The translations under genes were made by a program, and so were the position numbers. Of a DNA stretch of 64,000 bases, positions 28,888-37,621 are shown one piece after another. Under the pieces are notes generated by a model. That model was not told the origin of the DNA. It ran no database searches and worked only from the letters and a program-made list of their open reading frames with translations. Origin of the DNA: a virus (lineage: Duplodnaviria > Caudoviricetes); the IMG/VR virus record IMGVR_UViG_3300034127_000005, positions 34,293 to 98,292 of that record. One strand, 5' to 3'. Within the stretch, counting starts at the first letter, position 1, and every line of letters begins with the position of its first letter.

Positions 28888-29182
28888 TTCTGTAGCGATG
28901 AGTTGTCTAAATTCAGTGGGGCACCAGCCATACGCCCTAAGTATGGCTACCATAATTGGATAATTAAACGACATTCTCAGTCTTTTATACGGGGTTCAAA
29001 TCCCCGATAAGCTTGCATTGACTACGAACAAAGTTTAACTACTAAAGATTATGGCTTAAGGCTCAACAATGAACCTTTTAAATATGCAACAACGAAAGCC
29101 GAAAGATCATCGAATCTTGGATTATGGTTTCGTGGAGTTCACTGAGCATCCCTAATGACGCCCCAAGCTGTCGTCTACAGAA
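28888..29182 (+). ncRNA. Putative structured ncRNA (~295 nt)
   Basis: Ends pair (TTCTGTAG-CGA / TCG-T-CTACAGAA); hairpin AGCCATAC/GTATGGCT; T-loop CGGGG-TTCAAAT-CCCCG; phased 7-8-nt repeats; no credible ORF; terminator follows. Confidence 0.7.
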
Positions 29183-29188
29183 GCACTT

Positions 29189-29211
29189 AGCCCGCCATGA
29201 GCGGGCTTTTT
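29189..29211 (+). terminator. Intrinsic terminator
   Basis: AGCCCGC-CATGA-GCGGGCT-TTTT. Confidence 0.85.
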
Positions 29212-29238
29212 GCTGCCTAAAATATGTGAATATGGCAC

Positions 29239-29266
29239 TTGACACGCACTGGAAACGGTGTAGAAT
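29239..29266 (+). promoter_or_regulatory. sigma70-type promoter
   Basis: TTGACA-N16-TAGAAT; spacer hairpin GCACTG-GAAA-CGGTGT. Confidence 0.8.
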
Positions 29267-29296
29267 TGCCGAATCAACCAAACACGGAGAAACAAA

Positions 29297-29482
29297 ATGA
29301 AGATTCCAGCAGCCATTCTAGCTTTCGTCATGACCATGCTTTTGTTCTTCCTAATGGGCGCCTTCGTTGGCAACAGCTTCAACATCAGTGATTGGAGTCA
29401 CGACGGACGGTTTATGTGCATGATGTTAGGGTTCGTTATTGGTTGTGTAGCAGCCGGGTTCACTTATCAGGAGGTAAAGTGA
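29297..29482 (+). CDS. Small two-TM membrane protein
   Basis: Two hydrophobic segments; SD ggag. Confidence 0.65.
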   Translation: MKIPAAILAFVMTMLLFFLMGAFVGNSFNISDWSHDGRFMCMMLGFVIGCVAAGFTYQEVK

Positions 29483-29667
29483 GACAAACAAACGTAGGTA
29501 AGTTGCAAGACTTCTTGAACGCACTCTCTGATAAGGTGCCAGCGGACTTCTCTGTACGTGCCTCGCCAATCTTCGGACAGGAATGGCTGGTGATTATTGA
29601 GTCAGCCACACAGAAAGACCAGTATCACCTTGACTTAGAGAACGAAACGTGGGTAAGATATGTCTAA
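29479..29667 (+). CDS. Hypothetical protein
   Basis: GTG 29479 with SD aggagg. Confidence 0.6.
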   Translation: MRQTNVGKLQDFLNALSDKVPADFSVRASPIFGQEWLVIIESATQKDQYHLDLENETWVRYV

Positions 29668-29782
29668 GCCAGTACGCAATCCATTAGCTGGTCCTAATCG
29701 ACGTGTGAATGTGCCAAAGGTAGAACCTGATCGCACGAAATACCGTCGTCGTCAAAAACATAAAAGGAGAATTGAAGAATGA
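29660..29782 (+). CDS. Small basic protein (40 aa), ArfA-like motif
   Basis: Not in ORF track; MSKPVRNPLAGPNRRVNVPKVEPDRTKYRRRQKHKRRIEE; overlaps both neighbours. Confidence 0.6.
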   Translation: MSKPVRNPLAGPNRRVNVPKVEPDRTKYRRRQKHKRRIEE

Positions 29783-29982
29783 AAATTGGTGACAATGTAA
29801 AAATCCGCACAACTTCGGAATTCTACAACGATGGTTGGGATTACAATCCTATGGATGTTGTTGGTGTGATTACGAGTTTGAACGGAAGCGGTACTCAAGA
29901 GGGCTTGCCAATCGATGTCAAGTGGCCGGGACTGTCCGCAGTAAATGATTATGCGGAACATGATCTGGAGCTGGTGAAATGA
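29779..29982 (+). CDS. Small SH3/KOW-like hypothetical protein
   Basis: MKIGDNVKI..G.I..DLELV pattern. Confidence 0.65.
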   Translation: MKIGDNVKIRTTSEFYNDGWDYNPMDVVGVITSLNGSGTQEGLPIDVKWPGLSAVNDYAEHDLELVK

Positions 29983-30170
29983 GAGTAGGTGATAAGGTAA
30001 AGATTCTGCATAGCCCTTACGTCAACCCATCGCTGCAAGCTGGTAAGACTGGTCGTATCGTCTTCATGCAAGGTGGCGGTGCTGATATCGTAATGGATGA
30101 TATGCACCCAGACACTTATGGCGATCTGGATTGGGCATTCGATGAAAGTGAGTTGGAGGTGATCGCATGA
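29979..30170 (+). CDS. Small SH3/KOW-like hypothetical protein
   Basis: MRVGDKVKI..GKTGRIV..ELEVI pattern. Confidence 0.65.
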   Translation: MRVGDKVKILHSPYVNPSLQAGKTGRIVFMQGGGADIVMDDMHPDTYGDLDWAFDESELEVIA

Positions 30171-30352
30171 AATACAACCTACTGATTGTTGCAAATAAGC
30201 CGGGTGAGAATATCACCATGCTGAATCAGGAGTACGACTCTTATGGGGCGGCAGTTGATGCGAAGGAAGCACTCACTCGTGTAAGTAACGCGAGCACTAC
30301 CTACAGTTTCCAAGCTCTTGTAATCACAGCAAAAGGAGAAGAGAATGCTTGA
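30167..30352 (+). CDS. Hypothetical protein
   Basis: ATGA overlap; SD ggagg. Confidence 0.6.
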   Translation: MKYNLLIVANKPGENITMLNQEYDSYGAAVDAKEALTRVSNASTTYSFQALVITAKGEENA

Positions 30353-30683
30353 TCAAACGCGGTTCCGTCTGAAAGGTCACACGCTCATGGCTGTAGCTCC
30401 TAACATTGGAGCCGCATTTGACTTCGTGACATCTGAAGGTTTTGATCAGTTCGGGATGCACAAAGACATTAACACAGGCGAGATTCGCATTGGCGTGCCT
30501 CTCCCTGTAGAAATGCGTGATAAGTACACTTGGTTGTACCATCGCATGAAAGCTCTGGATAAGCCAGAGCCACCAAAGAATGGGCCGAAACCGCCAAAAG
30601 GTCCAACGCCGCCGCAAGGTGGATCACCAGCAGCAGGACAAACCCCTGCCAAGGTAACTGAGGTGTTTGCTGTAGCAGCATAA
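30345..30683 (+). CDS. Hypothetical protein with Pro-rich tail ending FAVAA
   Basis: SD aaggag; sequence content. Confidence 0.65.
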   Translation: MLDQTRFRLKGHTLMAVAPNIGAAFDFVTSEGFDQFGMHKDINTGEIRIGVPLPVEMRDKYTWLYHRMKALDKPEPPKNGPKPPKGPTPPQGGSPAAGQTPAKVTEVFAVAA

Positions 30684-30693
30684 GAGGTAATGA

Positions 30694-32556
30694 ATGAATC
30701 CGATTCAACTGGCTGAGAAGTATGATATTGACCTTTTTCATGGCGGGAAAACAGCCTGTCCGAAGTGCCGTGCAAAAGGGGAGGACAATAGCGGTGATAA
30801 CCTGATGGTCTACGGGACTGACAGCGTTGGTCGCCACAAAGGTGCATTCTGCTGGGCTTGTGAATTTACAATCCCAAGTGAAGAGTGGTTTGAGGAACAT
30901 GGCGTTGAAGAAGAAAAGGAGTACGATTTCGTGGGAAGCCCGTTTAATCCAGATATTCATGCAAGAATGAAAGAAACATTTACTCACGAAACCTATGGGT
31001 TCCGGGGTATCCGCACTGATACAGCCAAGTATTTTGGCATCTTGCACGGTATTGACCAGAACACTGGATTGGTAAACGAACAACTGTATCCTTGTACAAT
31101 CAATTATCAGCTCACAGGTTACAAAGGCCGTAAGGTTCCTAAAGCATTCCCTGCTCCAGTGGGTGAGACTGGCAAAGAATGCGAACTGTTCGGTCAGTTT
31201 CGTTTCAAAGAACGACGTGACAAGTATTGCTTGATCGTTGGTGGTGAACTAGATCAACTCTCTGCGAGCCAGATGCTGTTCGACTATCAGGAAGGCAAGC
31301 GTAAGCCCGGTGAAGAAGCGTTCGAACGTATCCCCGTAGTCAGCTCTACCATCGGTGAAAGCGGTGCTCACAAGCAGGTAGCGGCTCAGTACGCATGGTT
31401 CAACCGCTTCGAGCGTGTGATCATCTGCATGGATCAGGACAAGGCCGGGATGGAAGCAGCCCTGAAGATCGCCAAGGCATTGCCGAAGGGCAAGGCTTAC
31501 GTGATGGATATGGGACGTAAAGACCCGAACTGCTACATCTGGGATAGTGAAACACAGAAGCCAGTGAACTTTGCTCGTGAGTTTGTTAGTGCGTTCTTCA
31601 AGGCACAACCTTATACGCCAACGGGTATTGTAGGTTCTGGTACACTGATGACGGCAATCCGTCAAGCAGCAGTGGTTCCTAAGATTCCTTTGCCGGATTT
31701 CATGCACGAAGTAGAAGTACTGATGGGTGGTGGTATTCCGCTTGGAGTTATCGTAAACTTGGGCTCTGCCTCTGGTACGGGTAAATCGACAATCATTGAC
31801 GAATGTGTGTACCACTGGATTTTCAACAGTCCTCATAAGATTGGTGTAATCTCTCTGGAAAGCGACTGTGCCCAATACGGTACGAAGATTCTGTCTCGCC
31901 ATATGGGTCTGAAAATCGATCTGATTCCAACGGTTGAAGACAAGGTTGCATTCCTCAATAGTCCAGAAGCACAGGAAGCAAGTGATGAACTGTTCTTCAA
32001 TTCGGACGGTTCGCACAGATGGCACTTGGTGGATGATCGTGACGGCTCGATTGAAGAGCTGAAAGAGATGATCATGAGCTTGATCATTCAGTGTGACTGC
32101 AAGGTGATTGTTCTCGATCCTCTGCAAGACATCCTTGATGGGATGAGCATTGACGAACAAGCTGTATTCATGCGATTCATGAAAGGGACCGTTAAGAGTC
32201 ATGGTGTCACCTTCATTAACGTCAACCACGTTCGTAAGAGCAGCGGTGGACAGAAGGCCAACTCGACTGGTGCTGATATCCACGAAGAAGACTTCCAAGG
32301 CTCTAGCGCCATCTTCAAGTCTGCTGCATGCAACCTGCTGTTCACACGTAACAAAGAAGCTGAGAACGAGATTGAACGAAACGTTACTAAGCTTAAGATG
32401 ACAAAATGCCGTTGGACTGGTAACACAGCTCCAGTTGCAGGACGTTACATCTACGCAAACCGTGAACACAAGATGTACGACCTGAATGATTACTTGGATC
32501 GCAACCCCGCCGTCAAAGCTGAGTACGAAGCCTTCCAAGCAGGCGAAGAAGAATAA
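30694..32556 (+). CDS. Primase-helicase (T7 gp4-like)
   Basis: Zn finger CPKC..CWAC, TOPRIM GGELD and CMDQDKAG, Walker A GSASGTGKS, VLDPL, NHVRK motifs. Confidence 0.93.
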   Translation: MNPIQLAEKYDIDLFHGGKTACPKCRAKGEDNSGDNLMVYGTDSVGRHKGAFCWACEFTIPSEEWFEEHGVEEEKEYDFVGSPFNPDIHARMKETFTHETYGFRGIRTDTAKYFGILHGIDQNTGLVNEQLYPCTINYQLTGYKGRKVPKAFPAPVGETGKECELFGQFRFKERRDKYCLIVGGELDQLSASQMLFDYQEGKRKPGEEAFERIPVVSSTIGESGAHKQVAAQYAWFNRFERVIICMDQDKAGMEAALKIAKALPKGKAYVMDMGRKDPNCYIWDSETQKPVNFAREFVSAFFKAQPYTPTGIVGSGTLMTAIRQAAVVPKIPLPDFMHEVEVLMGGGIPLGVIVNLGSASGTGKSTIIDECVYHWIFNSPHKIGVISLESDCAQYGTKILSRHMGLKIDLIPTVEDKVAFLNSPEAQEASDELFFNSDGSHRWHLVDDRDGSIEELKEMIMSLIIQCDCKVIVLDPLQDILDGMSIDEQAVFMRFMKGTVKSHGVTFINVNHVRKSSGGQKANSTGADIHEEDFQGSSAIFKSAACNLLFTRNKEAENEIERNVTKLKMTKCRWTGNTAPVAGRYIYANREHKMYDLNDYLDRNPAVKAEYEAFQAGEEE

Positions 32557-32558
32557 GG

Positions 32559-32593
32559 TTGACAAGGGCGGATTGCTTGTGTAGAATCCGCCC
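32559..32593 (+). promoter_or_regulatory. sigma70-type promoter with inverted repeat over -10
   Basis: TTGACA-N17-TAGAAT; GGGCGGATT/AATCCGCCC. Confidence 0.8.
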
Positions 32594-32613
32594 ATCAATT
32601 CAAAGGAGGATGT

Positions 32614-35265
32614 ATGATTCCATTTATGAAGAAGCCGTGGGCAAGACCTAACGACTGGACGTGGGACATTGAAGCAACCAACCTGCTCAACGAAGAGACA
32701 ATCGATTATGAGGCATCGCCTTATCGTCTGTTGCCGACGTACAGCACGCATTGCGTTGTATTTCAAAACCACGTAAGCGGTGAAATCATCGCGTTTCACG
32801 ATGGCGATAAGTATGAGTTCGATGGTCGTGGATACTCAGAGACGATTGAAGGGGCTGTCTACACACTCGCTGAAGGTTACGAGCCTGTGGAATATACCCA
32901 TCGTCAAATGAGTGAGTTGAAAGGCTTCATTCAAGAGACGACATTCAATCGTCTGGTAGCACACAACCAAATCAGCTATGACTTGCTTGCAATGAAAGCT
33001 GTGTATGGTTTTGACTACTCGATTGGGGATGAAATCCGAGACGGAGGTTTGACTACGTGGTCTAAGGATACATGGGCGGGTAAGCCTCTATCGATCTTCG
33101 ATACACTTGTGGTTTCCAAGACGCTGAACCCTGATCGATATGGTGGTCACTCGCTTGATAAGCTGGCTGCTGGTGGTACGTCTGAGAAGTTCAAGTTCCG
33201 TAAAGAGATTCATGTAAGTCAGCGATTCAAACATTTTGCTGCTGACATGCTGTACTACTGTATCTTCGACGTTAAGGCGAACACAGAAGTTTACAACATG
33301 CTGATCGAGACTTATGGTCTGGATTCGATTCACGAGTTTCAGAAATGGGCGTCTGCTCTAAAACTGGAACACGCTGTAGCGGAACTGATCACTCGACAGG
33401 AGCACCGTGGGTTCTGGTTCAACATGAAAAAGGCTGAAGAAGCCTTGACGAAGTTGGATGCAATGATGGAAGAACGTCGGGTCAAGGTTGAACCGCTGCT
33501 CCCTCCACGCCCTGCAACCAAGAAGTTCATGGGTGACTACACGCCACCAGCTAAGCAGTTCAAGCAGAATGGTGAACTATCCTCGCACATGGAGAAGTTC
33601 ATTGCGAAGCACGAAGGTGTTCTAGACGGTCGCACGTTGTATGTGTTCGGTCATAAGTATGATCTACCGCTGGAAGCTGGTGTTCCTCTGAAGACCACAA
33701 TGCCTGCCGAGATTGGGAATACAACCCACATCAAAAACTGGCTGGTGAGCTTGGGTTGGCATCCAAACGAGTACAAAGAAAAAGACTTGACGGTCGATGA
33801 CAAAAAGATTAAGCTTGACCCTGAGAAGCTTCTAATCAAAATTAACCGTTACATCGATGAAACATTTGATAGCGCGTTTAAGACACACAGATTGGAACAT
33901 CTGGAAGGGTTGGGTGTAACGCCAAAGAGCGGTAAAGACTTTGTACGTCGGCAGATGCTCAAACGAGCAGAGCGACAAGGGCTCAAAGTATTGTCCAACC
34001 CGAGCTTTACAGTCGGAGCGGATAAGGAAATGTGTCCTGACCTTGAGCGTATCACTGAGCAGTTTCCTTTCACAAAGGACATCGTTGAATACCTGACGTT
34101 TAAACACCGTCGTAATAGTATTCTCGGTGGTGGTCAAGACTGGGAAGACCCAGACGAAGAACCTGAGAAGGGTTACATGGCTGGTGTACGTCCTGATGGT
34201 CGTATCGCTACTCCCGCAGACACCTGTGGAGCCGCTACAAGCCGTTTTAAGCATCGTAAGGTGGCTAACGTACCCCGAGTTACCTCTTTGTTCGGCAAAG
34301 AGCTGAGAGAGCTTTTTGGAGTCGCTGTAGGCTACTTCCAGATCGGGTATGACTTTGACAGCTTGGAAGCACGAGTAGAGTCAGCATACTGCTACATGTA
34401 CGATGCTGAAGGTAAAGCGTACTGCAAGTCTTTGATGTTGGAGAAACCGTTTGACGTTCACACAATGATGGCTCAGGCTATCAGCAAGATCATTGGTACT
34501 GACTTCGGTCGTTCACCAGCGAAGAACGTTAAGTATGGTGCCACGTATGGTGCTCAAGCTGCGAAGATCGCCAAGACCATCGGCTGTTCATTAGAGATTG
34601 GCCAGATGATCTTCGATGCATTCTGGGATACTGCATTCCCACTCAAGACGTTGAAGGATGCTCTACAGAAACAATGGGAGGCAAACGGTAAGAAATACAT
34701 CATCGGGATTGACGGGCGTCGTGTTCCAACACGTAGTGCTCACGCAATCTTGAACAGCCTGTTTCAGTCTGGCGGTGTTATCTGTGCCAAGCGGGCAATG
34801 GTGTTGCATGATCGGAAGCTGAAAGCTGAAGGTTTGTCTGTTGACTTCTTCTTGGATGACTGGAAGAGCAAGACGTTCTGCCAGCAAATGATTGCGTATC
34901 ACGACGAAGCACAGTTGGAAGCCTCGGCTTCTCTGTTCAAGTTCAAGACATTCCCGTATTCCTCTGTAGCTTTTGCAGATGGTAACTTCGATGAGAAGGC
35001 TGCTGATAAGATTCTCAAGAAGCAAGCACAGGATTATAAGGATGAAGTGTTTGCAAGTACAGGCGAGGTGTGGTCTGACATCTCTCACAATGACCGTGGG
35101 TTCTACGTGGCCTACTGCCGTGCTGGTGTACTCGCAACAGACGCTGTGCGCGAAGCTGGACAGTTCTACGCTGCCCCAGAAGGGATTGATGCTGCTGTAG
35201 CTCCCGTATTGCTGGACTTGACGGCTGGATACATTGTCGAAAAGAGTTGGGCTGGTTGCCACTAA
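32614..35265 (+). CDS. DNA polymerase, family A, with 3'-5' exonuclease
   Basis: Exo motifs WDIEA, HNQISYD, YCIFDV; pol motif A GYDFDSLEAR, motif B RSPAKNVKYGATYG, motif C YHDEAQ. Confidence 0.95.
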   Translation: MIPFMKKPWARPNDWTWDIEATNLLNEETIDYEASPYRLLPTYSTHCVVFQNHVSGEIIAFHDGDKYEFDGRGYSETIEGAVYTLAEGYEPVEYTHRQMSELKGFIQETTFNRLVAHNQISYDLLAMKAVYGFDYSIGDEIRDGGLTTWSKDTWAGKPLSIFDTLVVSKTLNPDRYGGHSLDKLAAGGTSEKFKFRKEIHVSQRFKHFAADMLYYCIFDVKANTEVYNMLIETYGLDSIHEFQKWASALKLEHAVAELITRQEHRGFWFNMKKAEEALTKLDAMMEERRVKVEPLLPPRPATKKFMGDYTPPAKQFKQNGELSSHMEKFIAKHEGVLDGRTLYVFGHKYDLPLEAGVPLKTTMPAEIGNTTHIKNWLVSLGWHPNEYKEKDLTVDDKKIKLDPEKLLIKINRYIDETFDSAFKTHRLEHLEGLGVTPKSGKDFVRRQMLKRAERQGLKVLSNPSFTVGADKEMCPDLERITEQFPFTKDIVEYLTFKHRRNSILGGGQDWEDPDEEPEKGYMAGVRPDGRIATPADTCGAATSRFKHRKVANVPRVTSLFGKELRELFGVAVGYFQIGYDFDSLEARVESAYCYMYDAEGKAYCKSLMLEKPFDVHTMMAQAISKIIGTDFGRSPAKNVKYGATYGAQAAKIAKTIGCSLEIGQMIFDAFWDTAFPLKTLKDALQKQWEANGKKYIIGIDGRRVPTRSAHAILNSLFQSGGVICAKRAMVLHDRKLKAEGLSVDFFLDDWKSKTFCQQMIAYHDEAQLEASASLFKFKTFPYSSVAFADGNFDEKAADKILKKQAQDYKDEVFASTGEVWSDISHNDRGFYVAYCRAGVLATDAVREAGQFYAAPEGIDAAVAPVLLDLTAGYIVEKSWAGCH

Positions 35266-35275
35266 GGCGCAAATA

Positions 35276-35308
35276 GGGGCTTGACAAAGCCCCAAATCGA
35301 TGTACAAT
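35276..35308 (+). promoter_or_regulatory. sigma70-type promoter; -35 lies inside hairpin GGGGCTT/AAGCCCC
   Basis: TTGACA-N16-TACAAT. Confidence 0.75.
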
Positions 35309-35341
35309 GAACACATACCAAACGAAATAGGAGGAATAACC

Positions 35342-35788
35342 GTGTCCGTAAATCAAAGTGTTAACCCAGAAGTTGTAGAAGGTGCCCGAGTTCTAATCAT
35401 CGATGGTGGTTACAATTATGATGCGTTCTTCGAGCTAGATCAGAGCCTCTTTGGTAAAGAAGGGACTGTTAAATATGTAGACCGTTCTTACACCATCTAC
35501 CAACCAGATGCCACTGTACGTTTCGACGATGGTAGATCTGCTCAGGTAGAACTGCAACATTTGCAAGTTATCGAAACAATTCCTGTACAAGTTGAACTGC
35601 CTTTCGATTTGATCGAAGAAGCCAAATCAACTCCGCGTGTCACCTATCTCTACGTTGTTGAAGACGAAGATGGTGTATACGGCAAGACATTCGACCGTGA
35701 CCATGCCCGAGAGTTGAAGGCAAGTTACGGCGGTAAGAAAGCTGGCGTGATCATTACTGCTTACGCTGCTGTAAAAGAGATTCGTTAA
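35342..35788 (+). CDS. Hypothetical protein
   Basis: GTG 35342 with SD aggagga, downstream of promoter. Confidence 0.65.
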   Translation: MSVNQSVNPEVVEGARVLIIDGGYNYDAFFELDQSLFGKEGTVKYVDRSYTIYQPDATVRFDDGRSAQVELQHLQVIETIPVQVELPFDLIEEAKSTPRVTYLYVVEDEDGVYGKTFDRDHARELKASYGGKKAGVIITAYAAVKEIR

Positions 35789-35852
35789 TTCGAATCAACC
35801 CAATGAGGGTCAAGTGACCCTCCATTTTGAAAACTTAGATAGGAGAAATACA

Positions 35853-36875
35853 ATGGCTGATTTTAAACTGAACATCACTACTTCCAACCAAACCGAAGGC
35901 AAAGGCCGTAAGGTTGTCGATTGGGATGCAATGAACGCACACGTCGTCGAAGCTGCTGGCACTGCTGGTAAGATTCGTTCCATTCCGGGCGTAATCTCGG
36001 GCGTTTATGACCTCGGTGAACAAAAGCTGGAAGATGCTGCGATCCCGGTAACTGATGAAAAGTTCCAAAAAGCTTTCCCTGAGTTCGATGGTTCTGAGGC
36101 TCAACAAGATATCGTTGTTGCAGCTTATGCACACAAAACCAATGCTCGATTTGAAAAAGTTGATAACAAACTTTGCCTGCGTTATGTACAGAACCCTGTG
36201 CAGCAAGTAGCAATCGCTGTAGACTTCCCACAGATTCTCGTGGACAAAGGTCAGTTCTTCGGTAACTCGAAGCCTCTGCCTCTGCGTCTGCTCTACAACG
36301 GTGAGTTCACTACACCGGGCGACAAGACCAAGATTGTTGGTCGTCCATTCAACCTGCGTGATACCAAGCACGACGTTGGCAACAACAAGAGTGTCTGGGC
36401 ATTCGCCAAGAACAACGGCCTGCACCGCTTCGCTGAAGCTGCTGAGCTGCTTGACGAACACGGCCTGTTCAACAAGGAACGTGTTGGTGAGTTGATCGGT
36501 AAAGTTGTACAGTTCCAAGTGCGAGTATGGATGAAGCCAGCAAAAACTGGTGACAAGAAGTTCTTCACTGAAGATATCAGTCTGGTAGGTATTGTTCCAG
36601 AAGGCGTTGCGAAGCCGGAAGTTCCAGAAGGCATTTTGCACATGATCAATCTGCACGGTGAGAACGATCCAGACGCAGTGAAACAAATGCGTGTAAGCAT
36701 CAAGAACACCATGAAACGTGCTCTGAACTACGACACCAGCTCTCTGAAGCCAGTGTTCGAAGCTGAAGCTGCCTCTTACGGCAATAAGCCAGCAGAGACT
36801 GCTGTACAAGCTGCTGTCAAGGCTGCTGAAGTAACTCCGGTCGCTGTAGATTTCGATTCGGACATTCCCTTCTGA
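35853..36875 (+). CDS. Putative single-stranded DNA-binding protein
   Basis: Acidic C-terminal tail DFDSDIPF; replication cluster; ATG 35853 with SD aggag. Confidence 0.7.
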   Translation: MADFKLNITTSNQTEGKGRKVVDWDAMNAHVVEAAGTAGKIRSIPGVISGVYDLGEQKLEDAAIPVTDEKFQKAFPEFDGSEAQQDIVVAAYAHKTNARFEKVDNKLCLRYVQNPVQQVAIAVDFPQILVDKGQFFGNSKPLPLRLLYNGEFTTPGDKTKIVGRPFNLRDTKHDVGNNKSVWAFAKNNGLHRFAEAAELLDEHGLFNKERVGELIGKVVQFQVRVWMKPAKTGDKKFFTEDISLVGIVPEGVAKPEVPEGILHMINLHGENDPDAVKQMRVSIKNTMKRALNYDTSSLKPVFEAEAASYGNKPAETAVQAAVKAAEVTPVAVDFDSDIPF

Positions 36876-36877
36876 GA

Positions 36878-37339
36878 ATGATTCTCATCTGTAAAGCTTG
36901 TGGGGCTGAAAAGCCCCACGATGCCTACTACGCAAATGATAAAACTTGTAAGGAATGTCGTAAGGCAAGAGTAAGAGCCAATCGTCTAGAAAAGCTTGAA
37001 CAGTACACAGCCTACGAGAAAAGCCGAGCAATGGACCCAGAGCGTGTGGCAGCACGAAGAGCTTATATCCAGACGGATGCTGGCAAGGCATCGAAACGTA
37101 AAACAACGTTAAGATACCGAAAAGATAATCCAAAGAAGTACGCTGCCCATAGTGCAGTAAACAACGCAGTACGTGACGGCCTGTTGACAAACCCCGGAAA
37201 CTGTGTAGAATGTGCCTCAGAGTTCGCAGTTGAAGCACACCACGATGACTACGACTTACCACTAACTGTACGCTGGCTTTGTTCTGAATGCCATAAACGA
37301 TGGCACGCTGAGTATGGTGAAGCACTTAATGGAGGGTAA
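36878..37339 (+). CDS. HNH endonuclease (Zn-finger)
   Basis: CxxC pairs; EAHHDDY..VRWLCSECH. Confidence 0.8.
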   Translation: MILICKACGAEKPHDAYYANDKTCKECRKARVRANRLEKLEQYTAYEKSRAMDPERVAARRAYIQTDAGKASKRKTTLRYRKDNPKKYAAHSAVNNAVRDGLLTNPGNCVECASEFAVEAHHDDYDLPLTVRWLCSECHKRWHAEYGEALNGG

Positions 37340-37342
37340 CAA

Positions 37343-37621
37343 ATGAAAGATCAAATCCTGAAACAGTTCGACGCACTGATGAGCCACTTGAATTCTGAAG
37401 AGAATGGTATGGCTGAAGAGTTCCGCAATGAACTGAAGAAAGTCTTCAAGACCAAAACGATGTACCTTGTCGCCGGTGGTACAGATGGCTATGTAAGCAT
37501 CAACTACACACTCGACGAACAGGAAGCAATTGCAATGATCGAAGAAGACCCCGAAAGTTACGGCGGCATGGATTCTGGCCCTGAATCAATTGAAGTTCCA
37601 GTTTGGCTGTATACCACATGA
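37343..37621 (+). CDS. Hypothetical protein
   Basis: SD ggagg. Confidence 0.65.
   Translation: MKDQILKQFDALMSHLNSEENGMAEEFRNELKKVFKTKTMYLVAGGTDGYVSINYTLDEQEAIAMIEEDPESYGGMDSGPESIEVPVWLYTT

Noticed and set aside
28918-29020. tRNA or tmRNA gene suggested by GGGGTTCAAATCCCC
   Set aside because: No acceptor stem partner, D or anticodon arm, or CCA after the T-arm; the T-arm is internal, not terminal; kept as a module of the ncRNA
29030-29108. CRISPR or guide-RNA array
   Set aside because: Units are only 7-8 nt with no repeat-spacer architecture, and no cas or Nop-domain gene was seen
29078-29385. Minus-strand ORFs 29078-29281 and 29152-29385
   Set aside because: They cross a + strand terminator and promoter, and lack an SD
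31249-32799. 516-aa minus-strand ORF
   Set aside because: Antisense shadow of the primase-helicase; no SD or recognisable motif; explained by codon bias on the coding strand
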